Sequence record: MH460460.1
Reading direction: 5' to 3' (one strand)
DNA: 64,000 nucleotides
How positions within the stretch are numbered: position 1 is the first letter of the stretch; every line of letters begins with the position of its first letter. A model generated the notes under the pieces. The model saw only the letters and a list, made by a program, of their open reading frames with translations. It ran no database searches and had not been told where the DNA came from. Positions 10,036 through 19,955 of this stretch are shown piece by piece. The position numbers and the translations under genes were made by a program.

Positions 10036-10724
10036 TGTATAACGTAAACGAACCTCTAAGCCCAATGTTGAGAGATATAAAAATGCGTTCAATGCCTATG
10101 AAAACTTTATTTATCAGCGTCACCGATTCTCAGTTTGGTACTCATGCCGCTCGTATCTCCAATGAACTGGCTAAAGTTCTTCTTGCTGATCCGGTTGAGT
10201 CCGTTTGTGTTCTGCGCAAAACCAATTCTAATCTGCACGTTTTCGAAATCTATTTCTGCAAATCGGCGGAGATTGATTTCAACGGCGCAGAATACCACGT
10301 TCGTTTTGTTCCGCTCTCGCGCCCGGTAGCAACTTATCCCGGCACCGGAATGTTCGATCCGTCGATTCTGAATAGCGCTATTGAAAACGGTTCGCTGCTG
10401 AACGATCAGCTTTTCACTTCTGAAATGCAACGTGCTTCCAGACAAACGCTCTCGCCTGTTGTGATGAATGCCTCTGTTCGTCACCGCATCGGTGATTACT
10501 CTGCGCATCTGACTGCGAAAGATAACACGATTAAGGCGCTCAACGACGAACTGAATTTACATCGCGCCGTTCTGCGCAAAGACTATTGGATTTGGGAGGA
10601 CGATTTTAAATCTAATGGTTTGGACTCATTGAACTGCCCAATCTTAATTTCTCCGGAACAGTTACGCAGTCTGATTCTCGCTGCAACGCGAAGTTCAGAA
10701 CTTGCTTTGGAGATTAGTGAGTAA
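10035..10724 (+). CDS. Hypothetical protein
   Basis: TAATG coupling; C-terminal YWIWEDD..LDSLNCPILI phage motif. Confidence 0.65.
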   Translation: MYNVNEPLSPMLRDIKMRSMPMKTLFISVTDSQFGTHAARISNELAKVLLADPVESVCVLRKTNSNLHVFEIYFCKSAEIDFNGAEYHVRFVPLSRPVATYPGTGMFDPSILNSAIENGSLLNDQLFTSEMQRASRQTLSPVVMNASVRHRIGDYSAHLTAKDNTIKALNDELNLHRAVLRKDYWIWEDDFKSNGLDSLNCPILISPEQLRSLILAATRSSELALEISE

Positions 10725-11041
10725 TGTTCAGCACAATGATGTTTATTCGTGTCTTCGGATCTAGTTACATGATCAATCCTACTCTGATTGATGCCGGACG
10801 AAAAACTGTCGTAGTAGATCCGAAAGATTTTGTTCCACTGATTCCCGGCTTTGTTGTCGGTGCGCCTTACGCTATTTGCCCGTTGCCTAAAATCTTGAAA
10901 AAGGTTGGGTGTGATTGGCGAGTAAAATCTTTCGAGCGCCTCGAATCGGGCAAATGGCGCTACTTGTTTCATTACCTTAATACGGAATGGACAGTAGAAA
11001 TGATCGTGGGAAAAGATTATGGGAAAGTTATCAAAGGCTGA
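10724..11041 (+). CDS. Hypothetical protein
   Basis: TAATG coupling. Confidence 0.6.
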   Translation: MFSTMMFIRVFGSSYMINPTLIDAGRKTVVVDPKDFVPLIPGFVVGAPYAICPLPKILKKVGCDWRVKSFERLESGKWRYLFHYLNTEWTVEMIVGKDYGKVIKG

Positions 11042-12188
11042 TCAGATTCGTCATGCGCAGGCGATGGATCTAATCAATAGTGATAAACCTCTCACGTTCG
11101 ATCAGAAACTTTTTGTGTATGAAAACTATTTCGAAAGCGCTACCAGTAACGTGCGTGAACTCGGAAGTTTTCATACACCTCTTTCTTACGCGTGGGATTT
11201 TGAATTAGATATTCAAGGATATGGATCGCTCGTTGACCTGTGCGCAGGCACGGGCATTTTGTCGTTCTGCTACAGACACCGCATGAAATACTATCATCCG
11301 GATGAAGTGCCTACGATTGTTTGCGTGGAAATAAATAAAGAATACTGCGACATAGGCAAGAGACTTTTGCCCGAAGCAATTTGGGTAAACGATGATGCGT
11401 TGACTCATGATGTTTTGCAGTATCTTGATCCGTGTACGAAATTTAAGAATGCGATAAGCAATCCACCATTCGGATATTTGAAAACGTCCGAACATATGGG
11501 AAAATATCGCGGGAAAGATTTTGAATTTCGAATCATAGAGCGTGCCTCACAAGTAGCGGAATATGGTTCGTTCATTATCCCACAACAAAGCGCCCCGTTC
11601 ACATATTCTGGAACGAGACACTATCAGGAACGAGATAGCAAAAAATATATCAACTTCCACAAAGATACCGGCATCGAATTAACAGCGGGTATCGGCGTAG
11701 ATAGTTCCGTCTACAAAGATGAATGGAAAAATACTTCGATACTCTGCGAAGATGTACAAGCAGACTTCACGAAGGAGCCAAACAGAATGAAGCAACGATT
11801 GAAATTGATGCACGGCGACACGCTGGAAAAAATCAGAACGATTCCTGATACCAGTGTGGATCTGATCGTGTTCAGTACCGTTAATAAACGTTGGACTGAT
11901 CCGATTCAAATGCAGGAACTCTATGAAGAGTTTATGCGCGTGAAAACTGATAACGGAATCATCATCGTTACAACCGGGCATCGTTTAGATCCTAAAACAT
12001 ATCATGCGCTGATCAAAAAGCACTGTCCTAAAAATGGAGTGGTGTTAGATCCTTATATGCTGCGCGGATACACCGGATACATTTGCGCGAAACTCCAACT
12101 CAAGTATATAGGCATCGAGCAAGATCCTCTCTTTTACTCGGTTTGTAAAAGTTACATTGTTGATGCGTATAAAAAGTTCAGTCAATAA
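11019..12188 (+). CDS. DNA amino-methyltransferase (motif I then NPPF) fused to a degenerate beta-class MTase module
   Basis: DLCAGTGILS, VCVEIN, ISNPPFG; C-terminal LMHGDTLEKIRTIPDTSVDLIV...VVLDPY...YIGIEQD lacking DPPY. Confidence 0.85.
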   Translation: MGKLSKADQIRHAQAMDLINSDKPLTFDQKLFVYENYFESATSNVRELGSFHTPLSYAWDFELDIQGYGSLVDLCAGTGILSFCYRHRMKYYHPDEVPTIVCVEINKEYCDIGKRLLPEAIWVNDDALTHDVLQYLDPCTKFKNAISNPPFGYLKTSEHMGKYRGKDFEFRIIERASQVAEYGSFIIPQQSAPFTYSGTRHYQERDSKKYINFHKDTGIELTAGIGVDSSVYKDEWKNTSILCEDVQADFTKEPNRMKQRLKLMHGDTLEKIRTIPDTSVDLIVFSTVNKRWTDPIQMQELYEEFMRVKTDNGIIIVTTGHRLDPKTYHALIKKHCPKNGVVLDPYMLRGYTGYICAKLQLKYIGIEQDPLFYSVCKSYIVDAYKKFSQ

Positions 12189-12201
12189 TTAGAGGAAACG
12201 T

Positions 12202-12390
12202 ATGAGGAAAACTCCAGTAGCCGTTTGCGTAAACTCTGCGTTGATGCGCGGTGCAACTATAGCTGCCTATTCAGAAGAATATAACTGGCATTACGTTCCA
12301 ATCTCTGACGAAGAATTTTTGCGTCGCGTAGTAGCAAACGGCAAGTCTGCATTAATAAAGGATCGACAATGGGAAAGCTCAAAGTTTTAG
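12202..12390 (+). CDS. Small hypothetical protein
   Basis: GAGG SD; fills gap between the MTases. Confidence 0.5.
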   Translation: MRKTPVAVCVNSALMRGATIAAYSEEYNWHYVPISDEEFLRRVVANGKSALIKDRQWESSKF

Positions 12391-13592
12391 TTGGCGACTG
12401 CAAAAGGAGTTTGAAAAAGATTCCTGACGCCAGTGTTCAAATGTGCGTAACAAGTCCTCCTTATTACGGTCTGCGTGATTACGGAAACCCTGCGCAGATC
12501 GGATTGGAGGAAACGCCGGAACAGTACATTGAATCTTTGGTAGAAGTTTTTCGTGAAGTGAAGCGCACGCTTAAAGATGATGGCGTGTTGTGGTTGAACA
12601 TCGGCGATAGCTACTACAATCCTTCGAAAAAGAAACACAAAAATCTTAAAGGAAAAGATTTGATCGGCATTCCGTGGATGCTCGCTTTCGCATTACGTGA
12701 GGACGGTTGGTATTTACGGCAAGATATCATCTGGCAGAAAACATCGCCTATGCCTGAAAGCGTTCGTGACCGCTGCACCGGAAGCCACGAATACATGTTT
12801 CTTCTCGCTAAGTCTCCGAAATATTATTTCGATAACGAGGCGATCAAAACTCCTGTTAAGCAGGATTGGGGAACACGTAATCGCAAGGATGGGAAGTATC
12901 ACAACGAAGGAACCGGATTGCAGCCACATTCCGGATTAGAAAAAAGTTATTCCAAAGCGAACAAGCGAAGTGTTTGGACGCTCGCGCCTCAGCCGTTCAA
13001 AGGCGCACACTTTGCAGTCTATCCACCGGATTTAATTCTGCCTTGTATTCTCGCAGGATCGAGAAAAGGCGATACCGTTTTAGATCCGTTTGGCGGTTCC
13101 GGAACAACGGCGGCAGTAGCGAAATATTTAAATCGCAATGCAATCCTTTGTGAGTTGAATCCTGAATACGCAAAAATAATGCCGCAGCGTGTCGAGAGTG
13201 TTCTCGCAAACTATGCTGCAAAGAAAAAATCCCCACTTACTTTATTACGCGAACCTAAAAACTTGCGAAAAGTTAAGAAGGGAAGTGCTGATCTGATAGT
13301 TGTTGAAAAATTCGATCTGCCTATCTCTGAAATCTCACGAATCAAATCTGACAATGGTTCTGCTTTTGTCTTGGATAGAAAACTTTCGGTGAAAGAACTT
13401 ACTGAACTTATTCTGTCGAACACAACGGAAGGCCAAACAGTTTTCTCACCAAACATCCGGAAAGGAAGAATCGGTGTTGTGTGCGCTAAACTGAATCGTC
13501 GTCTGATAGGAATCGGTCATAAACATTATGACGAGGCCAAAGAGAAGATCGTTAAGAGCTATCGCAAGCACTATAAAGAACAATCCGCGTAA
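12369..13592 (+). CDS. Beta-class DNA methyltransferase (m4C/m6A) with second degenerate MTase module
   Basis: GDC...SVQMCVTSPPYY, HEYMFLL, HFAVYP, VLDPFGGSGTT, ILCELN. Confidence 0.92.
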   Translation: MGKLKVLVGDCKRSLKKIPDASVQMCVTSPPYYGLRDYGNPAQIGLEETPEQYIESLVEVFREVKRTLKDDGVLWLNIGDSYYNPSKKKHKNLKGKDLIGIPWMLAFALREDGWYLRQDIIWQKTSPMPESVRDRCTGSHEYMFLLAKSPKYYFDNEAIKTPVKQDWGTRNRKDGKYHNEGTGLQPHSGLEKSYSKANKRSVWTLAPQPFKGAHFAVYPPDLILPCILAGSRKGDTVLDPFGGSGTTAAVAKYLNRNAILCELNPEYAKIMPQRVESVLANYAAKKKSPLTLLREPKNLRKVKKGSADLIVVEKFDLPISEISRIKSDNGSAFVLDRKLSVKELTELILSNTTEGQTVFSPNIRKGRIGVVCAKLNRRLIGIGHKHYDEAKEKIVKSYRKHYKEQSA

Positions 13593-13649
13593 GTCTCCCG
13601 GCGGGGAAATGGAATGCCCCGCAAAACTCCCTTCTCTTTGTCCTTTGAA

Positions 13650-13706
13650 GTCTACAAATCGCTGTCCAAAATACCGCTCGAAACTCCCCTATTTTCTTGA
13701 TATCCT
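13650..13706 (+). promoter_or_regulatory. Class-E promoter
   Basis: GTCTACAAA-N4-TGTCCAAAAT; TATCCT 38 nt after TGTCC start. Confidence 0.7.
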
Positions 13707-13768
13707 AAACCCTCTAGGGCGCATTGCGTCCACATACTGTCAATAACCCAAATAAAGGATTCATCTAT

Positions 13769-14104
13769 ATGTCTACTATCTCTGACGTGAAAGGTATTGT
13801 TGCTTGTGTACTGGCTAACCCGGTTACGCTTCCTCTTACTGTTGCGTTTGGTAGCGCTCACGTCGATCCGGAATACCAACTCGAAATAACCGAGCGCGAT
13901 ATGCAGGATGTAACGCCGCTCGATCTGGAAGAACAGACAGTGCTTCTTAATGCACGCATCGACGCTAATAAAAACGTGCGTTACATTTTAATCGGCGAGT
14001 GGAATGCGCTCGAATCTTTCATGAAAGAAAATTTCCGCGTCGGTAGTTATCATTCGTACATGCAGAAACTTGAAGCCGAAGATAAATACCGCAACAAGAT
14101 TTAA
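13769..14104 (+). CDS. Hypothetical protein
   Basis: AAGGA SD; first gene after class-E promoter. Confidence 0.65.
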   Translation: MSTISDVKGIVACVLANPVTLPLTVAFGSAHVDPEYQLEITERDMQDVTPLDLEEQTVLLNARIDANKNVRYILIGEWNALESFMKENFRVGSYHSYMQKLEAEDKYRNKI

Positions 14105-14166
14105 ATAAAAGCTCATGCGCTCAAACAAGGGCGCATTTCTCTCAAAATCGTTTAAGGATAAATTTT

Positions 14167-14646
14167 ATGTACACGTTAAATCAAATCGTTCAGAAGATCA
14201 TTAACCACGTTCCGGACGTGGCAGAAATCAGTCACATCGAATTCATTCATAAAAGCGGTTGTGATTATGTTTACTTCCAACTGCACGGCATTACTTATCG
14301 TGTTGATGCTGGCTTGTCTGTTGAAGAGAAAGACGGTTCGTTTTTAGTTTCTTCTCAGGCCGCACGAAATATTCAGGCTGTTCTCCGTGGCGAACGTAAA
14401 ACGCTTATCAATACAGAAGCGCGTAACAAAGCGGTTGACGATATCGTTAACAACGCATCGCACATTGAATTGCAGGAAGTTCTGATCGGTATTGGCGAGC
14501 CGGAAGAAGGTTCGTTAGAAGAGTTGCAGAAAGCGGTGCGTGATTGGCTGCACGGCGATAGCAAAATGCTGATCGAGAAAATGGAAATCATCTGGCTGTT
14601 CTTCGGTCATGATAAAGCAACTGCATTCAATGAGGCGTTTCGCTAA
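14167..14646 (+). CDS. Hypothetical protein
   Basis: AAGGA SD. Confidence 0.65.
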   Translation: MYTLNQIVQKIINHVPDVAEISHIEFIHKSGCDYVYFQLHGITYRVDAGLSVEEKDGSFLVSSQAARNIQAVLRGERKTLINTEARNKAVDDIVNNASHIELQEVLIGIGEPEEGSLEELQKAVRDWLHGDSKMLIEKMEIIWLFFGHDKATAFNEAFR

Positions 14647-15161
14647 TGGACATTCAAACGATTTTGAAATACACGCCGGAACAGTACAAAGAAAAAGTAA
14701 CTGTTGCCCTCAACAACTACGCGCCGATTGTTGAACAATTTCAGGAAGAGATTTTCACGCGACTTAGAGAAGTGTCAAACAAGCCATACATCACGGCAGC
14801 AAGTGAATATCTCTTTCCGGTGAAAAACATTTCTATTTATATGCGCTACGGCGCTGGTCGTGCTGGTCGCTACGGTCATGATACATTGTGCATTGCGAAC
14901 ATCGAAGTTCCAAAACGTCTGGAACACAAAGGCTTCTTTACTGCGCTGATCTTTTCTCTGATTGCAGAATGCCAGCAACGCAAAATCATTCTTATGGTGG
15001 AGAATCCGCTGGAAAGATTCTTTCAGGATTTTCTTTTGCGTATTGGTTTTATCTGTCCGAACCGAAATGGTTTAGGGATCGGCACTTTCCATCGTCCGAT
15101 TGACGAAGGCCAGATTAGCCTTTACCCGTTCTACAATATGGATAAAGAACATGCAGAATAA
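14646..15161 (+). CDS. GNAT-family acetyltransferase-like protein
   Basis: LCIANIEVPKRLEHKGFFTALI (motif A variant) ... FLLRIGF (motif B). Confidence 0.6.
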   Translation: MDIQTILKYTPEQYKEKVTVALNNYAPIVEQFQEEIFTRLREVSNKPYITAASEYLFPVKNISIYMRYGAGRAGRYGHDTLCIANIEVPKRLEHKGFFTALIFSLIAECQQRKIILMVENPLERFFQDFLLRIGFICPNRNGLGIGTFHRPIDEGQISLYPFYNMDKEHAE

Positions 15162-15576
15162 TTACGCTGTTAATATGGTCGCTGGTTTCATTCGTGAGAT
15201 AGCGCGAGCGCCGCATCGAATCTTTAACGAAGTTCCAATTCGTTTTGGTTCCGGCGAAACTGTTGTGTCAGTAGAAAAAGAATCGCACGCAGTTGTTGCA
15301 ACGTTAGTTGATTGTCCGATTGAATCGCACGAAGAACTTTTAGCATTCGTTAATGCTACGTTCAAACAGCTTTCCGGATATCGCGCTACGTTGCGTTTTC
15401 TTGGCGGTACGGATCTGAATCAATACGCCGACGATCATTTGCATGAACTCACTGAACACTGGCAATGCAAATATGATGTTGTGCGAACTGGTTATTATTC
15501 TCTGGAAGTGTTTCGTTGTCTTCCATACAAAGAAGGGCGAAAAAGTGAAATTTCGCAAACTGCTGACCCGCAATAA
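15151..15576 (+). CDS. Hypothetical protein
   Basis: Packed ORF; no motif recognised. Confidence 0.55.
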   Translation: MQNNYAVNMVAGFIREIARAPHRIFNEVPIRFGSGETVVSVEKESHAVVATLVDCPIESHEELLAFVNATFKQLSGYRATLRFLGGTDLNQYADDHLHELTEHWQCKYDVVRTGYYSLEVFRCLPYKEGRKSEISQTADPQ

Positions 15577-15819
15577 AAACAGGCGCTCCATTTCCGCAAG
15601 CTGTTTTATCGGACGTTTGTTTTTCGAAATTGGCGTAGGGCGTGAGTTATGGTACTTCACGCGCTTTGGTAAAAATAACGATCATCGCATTTATCATTTG
15701 GTTCATGTGGGTGTTACGCGTCTGGTGAATCCTAGCGGCGAAGCGCACACTGATATGTTGGTGATCTCATTTCTCCTGCTGAATATTAAATTTGGCTGGA
15801 TGACAATTAAGGATAAGTA

Positions 15820-16038
15820 ATGGCTGATTACACCAAAGAAGTGCTTGAGCAAATGAACATTGCTCAACTCACTGACATTGCCGACGAGTTTCGTTTGTAT
15901 GAGGATATGCACGACGACGATGACGCTCCTGATCAATCGGAAATGATTGAAGATATTCTGGCAGAACAAGAACGTTTGAGTCGTGCTAACGAATATTCTT
16001 TGAACCGTCTGAAAAATTCTATTCTTACGCGAGACTAA
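15820..16038 (+). CDS. Small acidic protein consisting of one helix-loop-helix (HeH/Rho-N-like) module
   Basis: LEQMNIAQLTDIADEF...DQSEMIEDIL; AAGGA SD. Confidence 0.6.
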   Translation: MADYTKEVLEQMNIAQLTDIADEFRLYEDMHDDDDAPDQSEMIEDILAEQERLSRANEYSLNRLKNSILTRD

Positions 16039-16039
16039 A

Positions 16040-16798
16040 ATGCCGAAACCTAAAAAACAAACTCTGTTCGATTCGCTGCACGCCAAATTCTTCACAAAGA
16101 ATCCGTGCGCACAAATGCAAGATATTCTGCGCATCGTTGTGGTGAAGCCTGTTAACTCTCTTCACTTCAAATTGGTTGTGCGTCCTGCTGCATGGAATCA
16201 ACACGAAGAAAACTTTCGTGAGATTTCTATTAGACGTGCCGAACTGCATTACGTCGATATAATCTGCACGCAGGGAACTTTCGCTGATAGCACTCACGCC
16301 GAAACAATGGAACAGGCGATGGATGCAATCTATAAATATCTTTCGGCACGAAGCATAGCCCGAACAAAACTTTTCGACGCTGCTGCTGTTTACGCGCACA
16401 CGTTGAGAAATAGCGGTGCCGCTGGCGTTTCAGTTTCTGATTGTATTGACCGGATCATCATTCGTGATTTATCTGTAAACTACTCTACAGAACTGCACAT
16501 AACGCAGAAAAGCAACGGCAGAATTACAATGTCGTTGTATGCGAACGGCGAACTTTCATTTTGTACCGAACCACAAACGGAACAGCAACTAATAGACAAA
16601 GCAACTTACGTTTTGTTTGGCGGTGGTCCGGTTGAGGACGCGCTACCTAAATTGCTTCGCCACGAAGTTAAAGCCGTGACTCAAATGTTGGAGAAATACA
16701 ATGTCAATCTTAACGAGGACACAATCACTTTTAAGAAGGAAGATTTTTTCTCCTTTGTTGGCGATCTTGTTCAGCACAAAGCGCCGGGCAAGAATTAG
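16040..16798 (+). CDS. Hypothetical protein
   Basis: Packed ORF. Confidence 0.65.
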   Translation: MPKPKKQTLFDSLHAKFFTKNPCAQMQDILRIVVVKPVNSLHFKLVVRPAAWNQHEENFREISIRRAELHYVDIICTQGTFADSTHAETMEQAMDAIYKYLSARSIARTKLFDAAAVYAHTLRNSGAAGVSVSDCIDRIIIRDLSVNYSTELHITQKSNGRITMSLYANGELSFCTEPQTEQQLIDKATYVLFGGGPVEDALPKLLRHEVKAVTQMLEKYNVNLNEDTITFKKEDFFSFVGDLVQHKAPGKN

Positions 16799-17064
16799 TT
16801 TAGCCGTAGCGTTTGCCCTGTACATTTGCTTTATCCTGTTTGACGCGTTTGTTTATCACGTCTCACAACCTGTTCGCATGTTCGTTATTTTCATTGCGAG
16901 CGTATTCTTCGGTCACGCTTTGTTTCAGGCGTTTCCGATCAGGAGTCGTCGGTCATGATTGAGTACGGCGACATAAAATTCCATATGTCAAACCGTCGAT
17001 TCTGGTTTTGGATCGCGGTTGCACTATTTCTTATAATCTCTCTTAATTGAGGAAAGGTACTAAA

Positions 17065-17658
17065 ATGAAAAACTTCTTTGCAAAATTCTTCGACCTTCGC
17101 GCTTACGACAATTGGAATCTCGGCGCGTTTTTCATTCTCTTCATTGTCTACGCTGTTATGGATGTTTTCATTCCGGACGGTTACGAGACTCTGTATCTGA
17201 TTCTCGCAATCGGGCTTAACATTGCAGTGCTTGTTTTTGATCAGAATGAATTGCGTAAAGCCGAAGCCAATGTGCCGTCTGCGTGGTGGATTCTTTTGAT
17301 GCCTGTTTACGTTTATATGCGTGAGAAAAAGAATGGCAAAAAGAATCTGCGCGTCGCTCATGCGTATCTGCTGCTTATGCTTGCCTCAATGCTTTTCGGT
17401 TTCAGTGCTGATAACGCTCGCAATCCGGAACGCGTTGCCGCCGATGTGTGTCCTATTGTTGACACGATTGATCTGTATCGTAACGCTCGCATTACCTGCA
17501 CGCGTGCATACAACTTCACCGAACAGTATGACGGTTTCTGGAAAGGCCGTGTCCATCTTTCGAATAACATGATTGTGTCTGTCACTGCTGATTACAATCA
17601 GAAAGATGGTTCTGTTTACGTTCAGACTCAGGGGATCTCGGATGACGCAGGTTACTAA
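17065..17658 (+). CDS. Membrane protein (about 4 TM plus soluble C-terminal domain)
   Basis: Hydrophobic segments; WWILLMPVYVYMR motif. Confidence 0.65.
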   Translation: MKNFFAKFFDLRAYDNWNLGAFFILFIVYAVMDVFIPDGYETLYLILAIGLNIAVLVFDQNELRKAEANVPSAWWILLMPVYVYMREKKNGKKNLRVAHAYLLLMLASMLFGFSADNARNPERVAADVCPIVDTIDLYRNARITCTRAYNFTEQYDGFWKGRVHLSNNMIVSVTADYNQKDGSVYVQTQGISDDAGY

Positions 17659-17992
17659 GAAACGCTACTGCCCGGAAACGGGAGTTGAGTTGCGCGAGGC
17701 GCTTGGAATTCCGCGTGTCGTGATCGTATGCCATATGATCGAACGCGAACGCGGTAGCGGTAAACGTCCTGATGGTTTCGTTTACTGCGAGAGCAAAGAG
17801 AACTTGCAGAAGTTTTCAGAGTTTATCTATCAGCAAAAAGTTTCTTCGCGTGGTGAGTGTTACTCTGAAATCCTCAACACTGAATTGGTTCAGGTCAGTG
17901 AAGAATATCTCAAAGAACTTTCCAAACATCGTGATGATCTTCATCGTCCGTGGATTTGGGAAAACTCCAGCAAGCACAATGTTATTGTGTGA
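17642..17992 (+). CDS. Hypothetical protein
   Basis: Packed ORF. Confidence 0.55.
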   Translation: MTQVTKKRYCPETGVELREALGIPRVVIVCHMIERERGSGKRPDGFVYCESKENLQKFSEFIYQQKVSSRGECYSEILNTELVQVSEEYLKELSKHRDDLHRPWIWENSSKHNVIV

Positions 17993-18000
17993 GGTGAGCT

Positions 18001-18351
18001 ATGAAAATTGACAGCACGGTAATACGAGAACTTGTGTTGAAGCAACACGAATTCCGTTCAGAGTTGTCTAACGCCGACGCGCTGTTGTGTGTATCGCAAT
18101 TTGCGGCGCTGGCTGCAACTGGTTTTCCGGTTGTTGCTGGTTTTACTATGGAAGAAGTGCCGGACGGTCAAAAGGGAATTCAAGTTGTATTCCCTGATTA
18201 CGGAATTCTTTCTCAAGTCACAAAAGAAGATATGCGTGAAGTTGAAAAGCGTCTCGTCGCAGATTACGATTGGGGAAGTGCTGCAATTGAACGCGGAAGT
18301 TTTTACAGCGGATTTAAAGGCCGTTCGTTCCGTTTGATTCTCCTGTATTAA
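18001..18351 (+). CDS. Hypothetical protein
   Basis: GAGGTG SD. Confidence 0.65.
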   Translation: MKIDSTVIRELVLKQHEFRSELSNADALLCVSQFAALAATGFPVVAGFTMEEVPDGQKGIQVVFPDYGILSQVTKEDMREVEKRLVADYDWGSAAIERGSFYSGFKGRSFRLILLY

Positions 18352-18362
18352 GGAAACAAAAA

Positions 18363-18611
18363 ATGCCAATGTCATTTCCAGATTTTGATTCACTGAAACG
18401 TCGTGCAACTCAACGCAATTTTCGTCAACCTAATCCTGACGAAACTGAACAGGAATTCCGCGCCGCTTTTGCTGATTACATGTTGGAAGTTGATCGCGTC
18501 GAAAGCGCAGAAATCCGAACGGGAAAAGGTTGGGATGAAATGCAAGATGATCCTGCCGCCATGTTGCGAGCGATGGGATTAGGCGACGTTGTGGATTCGA
18601 TTCGCAACTAA
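18363..18611 (+). CDS. Hypothetical protein
   Basis: AAGGA SD; followed by terminator. Confidence 0.65.
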   Translation: MPMSFPDFDSLKRRATQRNFRQPNPDETEQEFRAAFADYMLEVDRVESAEIRTGKGWDEMQDDPAAMLRAMGLGDVVDSIRN

Positions 18612-18617
18612 AATAAA

Positions 18618-18648
18618 AGGGAGTGGGCGAAAGCTCATTCCCTTTTTT
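18618..18648 (+). terminator. Rho-independent terminator (copy 2 of identical 30-mer)
   Basis: Same sequence as 8815..8844. Confidence 0.8.
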
Positions 18649-18687
18649 GGCTTCTCCTACCGGATTCATAGGAAGCGGATAAGGCAA

Positions 18688-18744
18688 ATACACAAATCCT
18701 TGTCCAAAATCTAGCTGGTTTTGGCTCCAGTTTTCAGGCATACT
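18688..18744 (+). promoter_or_regulatory. Class-E promoter
   Basis: TGTCCAAAAT at 18701; CATACT at 18739. Confidence 0.65.
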
Positions 18745-18775
18745 AAAAGGGCACCAACTACACCAATATAAGGAA

Positions 18776-19054
18776 ATGAATATGACCACTTTAACCCCGC
18801 TCGACCGCAAGAATGTTCAGACCGTGCTTACTGTTCTTTTCGAGGAAAAAGAATCCGAACGGAAGAGAAAGAACTTACGTGTAAGCACACGGCAGTTTTT
18901 GAAACTGGCGCATATTCCTTCTGTACGAAAAACGGAAGCACTTGATATGATCAAAACGGTTTCACGTTCTGCCAAATTCAGATCGACGTTTGGCAAATGG
19001 ATAATGACAATCGATCAGGCAAACAGAGATAGCATTTTATTCATGCAGCCTTAA
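18776..19054 (+). CDS. Small basic protein, possible member of the 44113/46401 family
   Basis: First gene after class-E promoter; LRVSTRQFLKL...TFGKWIMTID. Confidence 0.6.
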   Translation: MNMTTLTPLDRKNVQTVLTVLFEEKESERKRKNLRVSTRQFLKLAHIPSVRKTEALDMIKTVSRSAKFRSTFGKWIMTIDQANRDSILFMQP

Positions 19055-19118
19055 ACATTGTGAAGGGCATTCGAAAGAGTGCTCTTTGAAATGTTAACAA
19101 CCCAATAAGGAAATAGTT

Positions 19119-19547
19119 ATGACTCGTCGCATTTACCCACGTCGCAATGAAGTTTATACGCTGGCTCAAATTCAAAACGAACTGGCATTGCGCGATGGCC
19201 CTTCGCTAAACTTTGTTGTGCGTGCGAAAGACGGCTCAAAAATTGAAGCCTGCTTGCAAGATTCGCATGTAACGGAAGCGGAACTTTTATCGGTTCCCGG
19301 TTTCGCTGATTCGAAATGGCGCTACCACTACGAAACCCACGAATGGATTCCGGTGTTCTACTACTCCGATGAAAACGAAAAACCGATTACGGATTTCATC
19401 GACTTTGAAGAACATATCGATCCATATCGCAAGGAACCGGATCTGTGGTGTACGCCGAAAGGTTTTCCACGCGAACAGTATTACTATCGCGATGAGCATG
19501 GTGTGATTCGCCGCCGTCATGATGGTAAGCGTCACAACGAATACTAA
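19119..19547 (+). CDS. Hypothetical protein
   Basis: AAGGA SD. Confidence 0.65.
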   Translation: MTRRIYPRRNEVYTLAQIQNELALRDGPSLNFVVRAKDGSKIEACLQDSHVTEAELLSVPGFADSKWRYHYETHEWIPVFYYSDENEKPITDFIDFEEHIDPYRKEPDLWCTPKGFPREQYYYRDEHGVIRRRHDGKRHNEY

Positions 19548-19607
19548 AAGATGGATGGGGGATCATCAAATCCCCCTCCTTTGGTTTAAGAATAGGGAAA
19601 AACGGTA

Positions 19608-19955
19608 ATGGCTTTTCAATCCTTAAAATCTGCGCGTGTTGATATTTCCAAATCCAAAGAAGTTCAAAAAGACTTTGCAAGCCTTTGCTATACCGGGGCG
19701 TTGCGTCTAGCTGTCCGTAAAGATATTCGCGATGAAATAGAAGTTGATTTTGAAACCCTATCTCTGCGTTTTCCTGTCAAATATTACTGCCCCGGAAGCC
19801 CGAAACTGAGTCTATCTATCGGGCAGTCAGTCGCACAACAATTTTTAAAAGATCCGCGATTAGTTTCTAGTTCAAACCGCACGTTGCGTACCACAAACAT
19901 AACCCGCGACGGTGCTTACGCTATTCTCCACTTTTTACAGGAAGAAAAATCATGA
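19608..19955 (+). CDS. Hypothetical protein
   Basis: Packed ORF. Confidence 0.6.
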   Translation: MAFQSLKSARVDISKSKEVQKDFASLCYTGALRLAVRKDIRDEIEVDFETLSLRFPVKYYCPGSPKLSLSIGQSVAQQFLKDPRLVSSSNRTLRTTNITRDGAYAILHFLQEEKS

